Under the pieces are notes generated by a model, which was not told the DNA's origin, ran no database searches, and saw nothing but the letters and a program-made list of their open reading frames with translations. The translations under genes and the position numbers were made by a program. Shown one piece after another: positions 1-7,283 of a DNA stretch of 29,312 nucleotides. The stretch spans positions 1-29,312 of the IMG/VR virus record IMGVR_UViG_3300038674_000085. One strand, given 5' to 3'. Source of the stretch: a virus (taxonomy: Duplodnaviria; Caudoviricetes). Position 1 is the first letter of the stretch. Every line of letters starts with the position of its first letter.

Positions 1-92
1 CAGGGGTTTACTGGTTTCCTCGCCAACAATAACCAGTATTACTTTTAATATCAAATGCCCCGAATACTATACATCATTCGGGGCAACTACAT

Positions 93-167
93 TACGGGTG
101 GGAGGCATGGTGTCTTGTCAGTTTCATAAGCTGACAAAGGTCGGTTCAATTCCGACACCCGTACCCA
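93..167 (+). tRNA. tRNA with CAT anticodon (Met/Ile2-like), non-canonical
   Basis: Acceptor TACGGGT(93-99)/ACCCGTA(157-163); anticodon arm TCAGT-TTCATAA-GCTGA; T arm GTCGG-TTCAATT-CCGAC; encoded CCA at 165-167. G at position 8 and a C discriminator are atypical. Confidence 0.75.
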
Positions 168-170
168 CAC

Positions 171-246
171 GCACCGATAGCTCAGTTGGCAGAGCATCTG
201 ACTTGTAAACAGATGGTCAAGGGTTCGAATCCTTTTCGGTGCTCCA
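171..246 (+). tRNA. tRNA-Thr(TGT)
   Basis: GCACCGA-TA-GCTC-AGTTGGCA-GAGC-A-TCTGA-CTTGTAA-ACAGA-TGGTC-AAGGG-TTCGAAT-CCTTT-TCGGTGC-T-CCA. Full cloverleaf with an A31-A39 mismatch. Confidence 0.93.
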
Positions 247-340
247 ATCCCTAACAAGGGGTGTCGCTACCTTAGGAATGTTCATCGGGTAAACATTCCA
301 CAGACTGTCCGGCGGTCTGAATAAAAGCCGGAGATTATTA

Positions 341-370
341 AGGGCGGTCTACTTTCGAGTAGGCCGCTCT
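341..370 (+). other. Strong hairpin after the tRNA cluster (processing/stability element or weak terminator)
   Basis: 13-bp stem AGGGCGGTCTACT/AGTAGGCCGCTCT with a TTCG loop; no clear U-tract. Confidence 0.55.
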
Positions 371-387
371 ATCCAATCTCAAAGGAG

Positions 388-1440
388 GTGGAACGCTTGT
401 CAGATTTAGGCAGGTTCACAATAGGCACTGATCCGTATGCAAATCAAAAGCTAGACATTGCTCCTAAGGAGTTGATAGATGCCTCTGTCAAGACTATGGA
501 CGCGGCCCATTTATTTGCGGACAGAATCACAAAGAGGTCCATAGGCCATGTTGACTATTCATGGGATTATCTGAAGCACGTTTTTAGGCGGTTAGTGACA
601 GGCGATTCTACAACGGACGAGATAAGTCGAGAACTAATAGAACGGCTTGAAGATTATAACGACGAAAACACAAAGAGGCTCAAGGTTGACGAGCTTAATA
701 TTTTGTCTGGAAACAAATCCATAGCGGCTGCATATAGAGCAGCTATTGCACTAGAAAAAGAATTGTGCAAAGACAAGATATGTGAAGATTATATCTCTAT
801 GATTTTGATATTATCTGAATATTGTGTTTATAAGCACTTGTACGATCTTCAGAAACATACAGGTTACGCTTTCCCCGTTGATGGATATAAGAGCGTTGTT
901 GCGTCGGTCAATCGTGCATATGAATATCATGTGAGTTTTGTTGAGAATTATGTAGATCAGCTTTTTGGTGAGATAGATTTAATTGTTAGCGAAGCTGGGT
1001 ACACGTTGAATGGTTTTGCGGTTGGCAAGCCGGATATTGAAGAAGCCATTAACTATATGGGTTATTCGATTACAAGGCTTTATCACACAGAAACGACCGA
1101 TCTTAACAATGAGGCTCAATCTGATGTTGCTGAAACGGTAAATATTAAATATTACAAGTACATTACCGAACGTGACAGCAAGGTTTGTGAACTTTGTAGA
1201 GCCTTAGAGGGTAAAGAGTTCAGGTATATTGATCGAGAGGTCGGCAAGAACTTTCCACCAATACACCCTAATTGCCGTTGTCAACATGCTTTCATATTAA
1301 AAGCTGTTTCGATAGAACATATAAGAAAAATGACAGAAATAGACAACAGGCTATATAATATCGTGCCTGACAGCATGGATTTTGCAGAATGGCTTTATGC
1401 CTGGGGCGTAGAGGTCGAGTTTGACGGGTGGTTCACATGA
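388..1440 (+). CDS. Minor head morphogenesis protein (SPP1 gp7 / Mu gpF-like)
   Basis: C-terminal motif YKYITERDSKVCELCRALEG...NFPPIHPNCRC; upstream of scaffold and capsid genes; AAGGAG immediately upstream. Confidence 0.85.
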   Translation: MERLSDLGRFTIGTDPYANQKLDIAPKELIDASVKTMDAAHLFADRITKRSIGHVDYSWDYLKHVFRRLVTGDSTTDEISRELIERLEDYNDENTKRLKVDELNILSGNKSIAAAYRAAIALEKELCKDKICEDYISMILILSEYCVYKHLYDLQKHTGYAFPVDGYKSVVASVNRAYEYHVSFVENYVDQLFGEIDLIVSEAGYTLNGFAVGKPDIEEAINYMGYSITRLYHTETTDLNNEAQSDVAETVNIKYYKYITERDSKVCELCRALEGKEFRYIDREVGKNFPPIHPNCRCQHAFILKAVSIEHIRKMTEIDNRLYNIVPDSMDFAEWLYAWGVEVEFDGWFT

Positions 1441-1634
1441 TCTGCCCGTACATCAGGAATACTAAGCGAATAATGCTAGAGCCTGATGGTGTTGATCTTA
1501 TGACAGAGTTTGTGCATGAAGAGTTTGGAGAGTGCAAGGGTACAGAGTGCATGGCTTATGACGCAGGTAAAGAAAAAGAGCCTAAATGCAGGTTAATGGA
1601 AAAACACAAAGCTAATACGAGCGATCTCACATGA
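1437..1634 (+). CDS. Small Cys-containing hypothetical protein
   Basis: ATGA overlap with the previous stop; MICPY...FGECKGTECMAY...C pattern typical of small phage metal-binding proteins. Confidence 0.7.
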   Translation: MICPYIRNTKRIMLEPDGVDLMTEFVHEEFGECKGTECMAYDAGKEKEPKCRLMEKHKANTSDLT

Positions 1635-1647
1635 GGTCGCTTTTATT
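1620..1647 (+). terminator. Intrinsic terminator
   Basis: Stem AGCGATCTC/GAGGTCGCT with an ACAT loop, followed by TTTATT. Confidence 0.7.
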
Positions 1648-1743
1648 ATATCAAAAACTACTCTGAGGCAGAGATTAAACGCCTATTCGCAAATACGTGG
1701 ACTGGCACGACAAAAAGGAAAGCGAAAGAAAGGAACTAAGGTT

Positions 1744-2328
1744 ATGGAGTGGCTAAAAGAGATTTTAAAAAAGTTGGAAGGTGCAGACAGTCTTTATGAC
1801 GACATCACGAAAGGCATAGGAAAGAGTTTTGTTGCTCGAAGTGATTTTAACGAAAAACTGAGCGATCTTAAAGCGGCCAATACAAGAATTGGCGAGCTTG
1901 AGAACGCCGCCGGCGGCTCTGAGAATTACAAAGAGAAGTACGAAACACTTAACGCACAATATGAGGCTGATAAGAAATCATTTGCTGATCAGCTCGCAGG
2001 TGCTAAACGTGATTATGCTCTTGAGTCGAAAATCGCTAAGTCCGGGGTTAAAAATGTCAAAGCATTTAAGGCGTTGCTTGATATGGAGAAGATAACCATT
2101 GATGGTGACGAAATTAAAGGCTACGACGAGCAAGAAGCGGCGATTAAAAAGTCTGACCCGTATTTGTTTGACAAAGTTACCAACAAGCAGGGAATACCGC
2201 CGGTTATCGGTGATCCTGACAAAGAAGATCAATCTTTTGGCGCACGCATGGCCCAAGAATCCGCGAAAGCTAAAAACGAAAGCAAAGAGAGTTTCCTTAG
2301 TGCGCTAGGCATTACGGGAAACAAGTAA
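1744..2328 (+). CDS. Capsid scaffolding protein (Phage_GP20 family)
   Basis: Coiled-coil protein with FVARSDFNE, KNVKAFKALLDMEKI and AIKKSDPYLF motifs typical of GP20; directly upstream of capsid genes. Confidence 0.85.
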   Translation: MEWLKEILKKLEGADSLYDDITKGIGKSFVARSDFNEKLSDLKAANTRIGELENAAGGSENYKEKYETLNAQYEADKKSFADQLAGAKRDYALESKIAKSGVKNVKAFKALLDMEKITIDGDEIKGYDEQEAAIKKSDPYLFDKVTNKQGIPPVIGDPDKEDQSFGARMAQESAKAKNESKESFLSALGITGNK

Positions 2329-2341
2329 AGGAGAAATTATC

Positions 2342-2746
2342 ATGGCTGAATTTTATAACTCACCTACAGACATTCGCTACACCGCTGCTGTTGGTACATG
2401 GCTCGCAGTCGCCGGTACTCTTGACGATACAGGCGTTGTTGCAGGTACAGATGGCAGGAAGATTGTTCCTGCTGGCACATCAGTAAAGCCTAAAACATCA
2501 GGCAAGACAATTGTTGGCGATTATGACGCGGCAATCATCACTCTTGATGAAACAGCGCCAGCTGCGGGCGACGCTACTCATGAAGATGCAGAGTGCTTGA
2601 CAGTGCATGAATACGATGTCACAAACGGCCCAGTTACAGCGACATTCTTTGTTTATGCAGTAGTAAACGAGGACCTAATCACAATTGATGCAGCGGCTAA
2701 AACAGCTCTCGAAGCTAAGGGTTTCAGATTCCGTTCAAACGGTTAA
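2342..2746 (+). CDS. Head decoration / capsid-stabilising protein
   Basis: DGRKIVPAGT motif, 134 aa, located between scaffold and major capsid. Confidence 0.7.
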   Translation: MAEFYNSPTDIRYTAAVGTWLAVAGTLDDTGVVAGTDGRKIVPAGTSVKPKTSGKTIVGDYDAAIITLDETAPAAGDATHEDAECLTVHEYDVTNGPVTATFFVYAVVNEDLITIDAAAKTALEAKGFRFRSNG

Positions 2747-2782
2747 TCGAAAAACTATTAGCAACATATTGGAGGTATTTTC

Positions 2783-3844
2783 ATGAACTTTAAGGAATTG
2801 CTCTCAGCTCAGAATATTACAGACTTTTACAAGGGCACCGCGCGCGACGTTGCAAATCACCCTCTGCTCAAGCTGTTTCCAGCCAAAAAGCAGATTGGCC
2901 TTACAATGAGCCATATCGTCGGTGCAGACAACAAGCCAGCAATGCTGCGCGCGTCTAACTTTGACGCTATGCCCCCGATCCGCGCACGTGGCGGTTTCGA
3001 CATCGAAACTCAGCGCTTGCCATTTTTCCGCGAGGAAATGCCGCTCAATGAGCAGCTCAGACAGGACTTGCTGACATACAGTGCTGCCGGTAACGAGTAT
3101 ATCAAGGCCGCTATAGCTGAAATCTACGACGACAGAGCTAATCTGATCGACGGTGCTACAGCTACAAGAATCCGTATGATCGGTCAGCTTCTGTCAACCG
3201 GTTCTATTTCGTTCTCTAACCAGGGCGTTACAGTTGCCGCTGATTACGGATTTGATTCTACTACACAAGCTACTGACATCACTTCTACTCTACAGTGGAG
3301 GAATCCGTCAACAGCTAAGCCTATCTCTGATCTGCTCGATGCTAAGGCTGATGGCAAGCTCGGTACATGTGTTGCTGCCATGACACAGGCTACATGGCTA
3401 CAGCTTATTGCTGCTGCTGAAACAAAGGCCGCTGTCTATTCAGGCACAGTCACAATCGTTCGTGAAGTTGATGTCAAGAACTACCTCGGCACTTTCGGCA
3501 TCAACATTCTAATCGTTGACAATGTTATCGAGCAGAACACATACCTTGACCTTGACACAGGCACAGAGGGTACATATTTCCCTGACAGCGTTGTTGCCAT
3601 GTTCCCTGCTCAGCAGCTTGGCGATATGCGTTTCGGCACAACTCCTGAGGAAGCTGACCTGCGTGCAGGTATCAGCACTGTTGAGGCTATTCAGGTAGTC
3701 GATACAGGCGTTGCGGTTGTATCTCACGTAAAGGCCGGTCCTCCGGTTGAGATCAGCACAGTCGTATCTATGGTTGCTCTGCCTAATTTCCCTCTGGCAA
3801 AGAAGCTACAGGTTCTTAACGTAAATGCAGGTGCAGGTACCTAA
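2783..3844 (+). CDS. Major capsid protein (lambda gpE-like family)
   Basis: 353 aa; LFPAKKQIGL, FGTTPEE and VSMVALP motifs; GGAGG RBS; strongly biased codon usage. Confidence 0.9.
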   Translation: MNFKELLSAQNITDFYKGTARDVANHPLLKLFPAKKQIGLTMSHIVGADNKPAMLRASNFDAMPPIRARGGFDIETQRLPFFREEMPLNEQLRQDLLTYSAAGNEYIKAAIAEIYDDRANLIDGATATRIRMIGQLLSTGSISFSNQGVTVAADYGFDSTTQATDITSTLQWRNPSTAKPISDLLDAKADGKLGTCVAAMTQATWLQLIAAAETKAAVYSGTVTIVREVDVKNYLGTFGINILIVDNVIEQNTYLDLDTGTEGTYFPDSVVAMFPAQQLGDMRFGTTPEEADLRAGISTVEAIQVVDTGVAVVSHVKAGPPVEISTVVSMVALPNFPLAKKLQVLNVNAGAGT

Positions 3845-3875
3845 TTTTACCGAATAGTTGAAAGGAGGCGAAGGC

Positions 3876-4190
3876 ATGTTAGTGCGCTTTGCTAAGAAAA
3901 TTAAAACTGCGGACGGCACGTTCTGTGGGGATATGCACGTTGCGGACGAACTAGCAATTGCTTTCGTCAAGCAGGGTCGAGCTGTATCGCTTGATCCTGC
4001 TTATTCCTTTAACGGTGATGGTGACTTAATTCTAGCTCCCGAACATGCTGAAGCCCGTCAGTACACAGAAAAAGAAATTTGTAGTATGAAGCTGTACGAA
4101 CTGCGGGCTTTGGCTAAGGAGCGGGGCATAACTGCTTCTGCAAATATTGGCAAGGCATTGCTGATAACTAAGCTGTTAGGGGAGGATTGA
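3876..4190 (+). CDS. Head-associated protein with C-terminal Rho-N/HeH-like domain
   Basis: SMKLYELRALAKERGI...KALLITKL motif; AGGAGG RBS before ATG 3876. Confidence 0.7.
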   Translation: MLVRFAKKIKTADGTFCGDMHVADELAIAFVKQGRAVSLDPAYSFNGDGDLILAPEHAEARQYTEKEICSMKLYELRALAKERGITASANIGKALLITKLLGED

Positions 4191-4192
4191 AC

Positions 4193-4543
4193 ATGGCAAT
4201 TACGGTAGATGGTTTGCGATCAAGACTTGGACTAACTGCTGAGAGTGATCAGCTGCTAGAAACCGTTATAAGCGACACTCTAGGCACCATTCGTGTATTG
4301 ACCGGTGTAAAAAGATTCCCTGAGGACTTGGACGGGTTCTTGTACGGTGCTTGTACTGATGTTTACAGGTCTGTGGGTTATGGTTCTACCATCGCTCCTG
4401 CACCGGTAGCATCTGTTAAGGACAAGGACCAGACAGTACAGTTTGCCAATCCAAAGGGCAGCATGTCGGCGGTCAGTGTGAGCGACATTTTATCAACTAA
4501 CCATAAAGGTTTGTTGAGAAGAATACGGAAAGTCAGGTGGTAG
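4193..4543 (+). CDS. Head-tail adaptor (SPP1 gp15-like)
   Basis: Size and synteny; PVASVKDKDQTVQF and C-terminal LRRIRKVRW motifs. Confidence 0.75.
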   Translation: MAITVDGLRSRLGLTAESDQLLETVISDTLGTIRVLTGVKRFPEDLDGFLYGACTDVYRSVGYGSTIAPAPVASVKDKDQTVQFANPKGSMSAVSVSDILSTNHKGLLRRIRKVRW

Positions 4544-4546
4544 TTT

Positions 4547-4909
4547 ATGAAACTGCCAAACAAAATCATAGAGGCATTTAAGGCGGCCCAAACAAGCGTG
4601 TTTGGCGACGAAACGGTATCTATCCATGTTCAGACTGAACAGGTTGATCCTAGGGGCGTTAAGACCGTTGTGCCTGCCGTTAATGCGACTGTGACTTATA
4701 CGGACTGTAATGTTGTTGATACTTTCGACGAGGCAGATATAGCCGCCTGGGGGCTGAAGAATGGTAAGGACATTAGGGTAAGCCGGTCCGATGTGATTTC
4801 GTACAAAATCGGTGATTTTATTAAGTACAATTCGGACTTTTACCGGATTAAGCAGAAAGCCGGTAGTGATCTGTATGAGGCGGTGTTTGCTGAATTATGG
4901 TTAAGGTAA
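4547..4909 (+). CDS. Head closure / stopper protein (putative)
   Basis: 120 aa, beta-rich, follows the adaptor in the usual neck gene order. Confidence 0.6.
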   Translation: MKLPNKIIEAFKAAQTSVFGDETVSIHVQTEQVDPRGVKTVVPAVNATVTYTDCNVVDTFDEADIAAWGLKNGKDIRVSRSDVISYKIGDFIKYNSDFYRIKQKAGSDLYEAVFAELWLR

Positions 4910-5460
4910 AAATGTCTATCAATGGCGGTTTTAACAGGGTTAATCGGCGGCTCAAGTCAACTATACATTCAGCAGAACAAGCTACTTATTTTGTGGCAGG
5001 TAAGTTGACCAACCTAATCTACGATCTTGCGAAGGAATACGCGGCTATCAATCATGGTGACATGGTAAATGGCATTGTTAAAAACGCAAAGATTACAGAG
5101 AACGGTTTCGAGGCAATAGTTGAGGCGGGAAATGGTTTGATCTATGTCGAGTACGGCACAGGTTTAAAGGCTATGGAGCCATCGGCCAACGGACTGCCTA
5201 AAAATCCTGTTGATATTGCTCATGTGCCTAAAGGTCAGTGGTATATACCGCTTGACATTCTATCAGGTCAGCAAATATCAGACCTAAGGGATAAGTACCA
5301 TATGATGATCTGGAAAACTGAAGAAGGTAAAGAGTTTTTCATATGTCATGGTCAAGCCCCTCAGCCTTTTATGTACCCTGCTGCCTTACATGGCGCAGAA
5401 GCGCTGAAAGATCAAGCAAAAAGTTGGTTTGCTTTTGCTTTTGCTAAAACATTTAACTAA
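4897..5460 (+). CDS. HK97 gp10-like tail completion protein
   Basis: YVEYGTG and HGQAPQPFMYPA motifs. Confidence 0.8.
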   Translation: MVKVKMSINGGFNRVNRRLKSTIHSAEQATYFVAGKLTNLIYDLAKEYAAINHGDMVNGIVKNAKITENGFEAIVEAGNGLIYVEYGTGLKAMEPSANGLPKNPVDIAHVPKGQWYIPLDILSGQQISDLRDKYHMMIWKTEEGKEFFICHGQAPQPFMYPAALHGAEALKDQAKSWFAFAFAKTFN

Positions 5461-5478
5461 TAAAGGTGGTGTTGTTCT

Positions 5479-5895
5479 TTGCATGACCCCGTTCCCGATA
5501 TATTGACCAAACTAAGTTCAATATCTGGCTTATCTCTCTCAGAGGGTATGCCGGATTTTTTTATTAGCGGCGATTCAGAACAAATGGACTGGACCACCAA
5601 TAAGGCTATTGGTTGGCTTGATGTTCAGGAGAATAGGCCTGAGCATATCTTGAGGTCACAGACTACCTTTGGTATGGCAACGACTGAAAAGATAAGCAAG
5701 ATAATCATTAGTTTTACTTACTATGCAAGCAACGGCCTTGACATCGTAACTGTATCAGATGCGATAGATCAAGGAATGGTAGAGCTTGGATATAAAAGAA
5801 CATATTTCAACTCAGGAAAAGAAGCGTTAGGACAAACACAAGCCTTTAATCGTGCACGTTCGCGATATGAGGCTTTATTTGATCTGCACGCTTGA
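5479..5895 (+). CDS. Tail terminator protein (putative)
   Basis: Immediately before the major tail gene; IDQGMVELGYKR motif; TTG start. Confidence 0.6.
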   Translation: MHDPVPDILTKLSSISGLSLSEGMPDFFISGDSEQMDWTTNKAIGWLDVQENRPEHILRSQTTFGMATTEKISKIIISFTYYASNGLDIVTVSDAIDQGMVELGYKRTYFNSGKEALGQTQAFNRARSRYEALFDLHA

Positions 5896-5923
5896 TTTTC
5901 TAAGACTTTAAGGAGGTCATATT

Positions 5924-6343
5924 ATGCCTATTGGCACAGCAGTAATCTCAACAGGATTTAAACTCAGTCATGGCGTTACCCCTACTGAAATCCCTGACAT
6001 CATGGAATACCCTGATTTGATCGGGGAGCCATCGTGGGAAGAAACAACTACTATGGGCGACACAAGGCGAACATACACAGCAGGGCTTGAGGGCGAGGAA
6101 TCTTTAGCATTTACGTGTTTGTTTACCGGCATGAGTGCAACAAGCAACTGGGGCATTTTGAGCGGCTTGCAATCAGCTGGTACACCTACAGCTTTCACAG
6201 CTCAACTGTCTACGGGCGATAAATTCACATTTAGCGCAACAGTTAGACTGGGTAAGCCTGGCAACAGCCCTGGTAGCGTTGAAACGTTTATGGCTTATCT
6301 TGCACCGACAACAGCCATTACACCCGTTCCTAAGACGACCTAA
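5924..6343 (+). CDS. Major tail tube protein
   Basis: EIPDIMEYPDLIGEP..EETTTMGD..RTYTAGL motif; AGGAGG RBS; followed by a terminator. Confidence 0.85.
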   Translation: MPIGTAVISTGFKLSHGVTPTEIPDIMEYPDLIGEPSWEETTTMGDTRRTYTAGLEGEESLAFTCLFTGMSATSNWGILSGLQSAGTPTAFTAQLSTGDKFTFSATVRLGKPGNSPGSVETFMAYLAPTTAITPVPKTT

Positions 6344-6366
6344 GTAAATTCACGAGAAATGTTAAA

Positions 6367-6400
6367 GGGCAGGGCCTTGAGTGGCTCTGCCTATTTTCTT
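6367..6400 (+). terminator. Intrinsic terminator after the major tail gene
   Basis: Stem GGGCAGGGCC/GGCTCTGCCT followed by ATTTTCTT. Confidence 0.7.
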
Positions 6401-6430
6401 GAGAAAATCTAATTATAAGTGAGGTTGAAT

Positions 6431-6778
6431 ATGAATTATTACACACTAAAAACTAAGAGTGGTAGAGAGATAAAACTTAGGCTTGATGCGAAATCATCTA
6501 CAGAGCTTGTTAAAGAGCTAGGTTGCGGTATTATGACCGCTTTTCAGAGCATCTATGAAAATCCAACAGGCTTTACAAGTCAGTTGATATGGGCCTCCGC
6601 TCAGAAGTTTAATCATAAGTTTAGTAAACAAGATGCTTATGAATTAGTTGACGAACTAGCAGACGACGGATACAGCATTGAAAAATATGCCGCCCTTGCT
6701 GCTGAGATTTTAGGTGTTTCCGGTTTTTTCGACCAAGCGACGGTGGAATCATTCCGCGAGGAATTGATAGAGGAATAA
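6431..6778 (+). CDS. Tail assembly chaperone (gpG-like)
   Basis: Between the major tail and tape measure genes; ends GVSGFF; GAGG RBS before ATG 6431. Confidence 0.8.
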   Translation: MNYYTLKTKSGREIKLRLDAKSSTELVKELGCGIMTAFQSIYENPTGFTSQLIWASAQKFNHKFSKQDAYELVDELADDGYSIEKYAALAAEILGVSGFFDQATVESFREELIEE

Positions 6779-7269
6779 ACGACGAACAGAACGACGAACA
6801 TGATTCAGAACAATTTAATTGTGATGATGAAAATGAGTTATTCGACAAGTTATATCCTTTTGCGATCAGAGCCGGTGTTAAGCCCATCGAATATTGGGAT
6901 ATGACATACGGCGAGATCATGGATTCCATTGAGCAAGACTGGTACTTCAAATACATTCACACAGAAGAAGAACGGTACAAATTAGAATCGGTTCTCTCAT
7001 ACATTGGCATGGCAATACATCAAATTCCCATAAACGTAAATACGGCAATTATGGGTAAGACTGCTAATTATCCAAAGATCACAGACTATATGCCTGAGAG
7101 GGTTAAAGATCAGTTAGCACGTGAGCAAGAGCTTCAGAAGAAACGTTCTGCTGATCTCAGGTTCTTATCGTGGGCTGACCGTATCAATAAAAAATTCAAA
7201 GTCAAAGAATCTGAGGCGCTAGATAGCATAAACAGCAAGATATCGCAGATAGGCAATAACAATAATTAG
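6724..7269 (+). CDS. Tail assembly chaperone frameshift extension (gpGT-like)
   Basis: Slippery T-TTT-TTC at 6724-6730. The -1 frame is open from 6706 to 7269 and encodes LYPFAIRAGVKPIEYWDMTYGEI upstream of the ORF-track start at 6901. Confidence 0.8.
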   Translation, partial: FFRPSDGGIIPRGIDRGINDEQNDEHDSEQFNCDDENELFDKLYPFAIRAGVKPIEYWDMTYGEIMDSIEQDWYFKYIHTEEERYKLESVLSYIGMAIHQIPINVNTAIMGKTANYPKITDYMPERVKDQLAREQELQKKRSADLRFLSWADRINKKFKVKESEALDSINSKISQIGNNNN

Positions 7270-7283
7270 AGGAGTGGTGACGC

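Noticed and set aside
9-61. HDV-like/theta ribozyme (GTT-TCCTCGCC-AAC resembles HDV P3/L3, next to tRNAs)
   Set aside because: I could not build consistent P1, P1.1 and P2 pairings around it. The tRNAs already encode CCA and the window truncates the 5' side. Kept only as a simple pseudoknot candidate.
3830-3880. Frameshift extension of the major capsid into the next ORF
   Set aside because: A TAG at 3855-3857 blocks the +1 frame, and the next gene has its own strong RBS.
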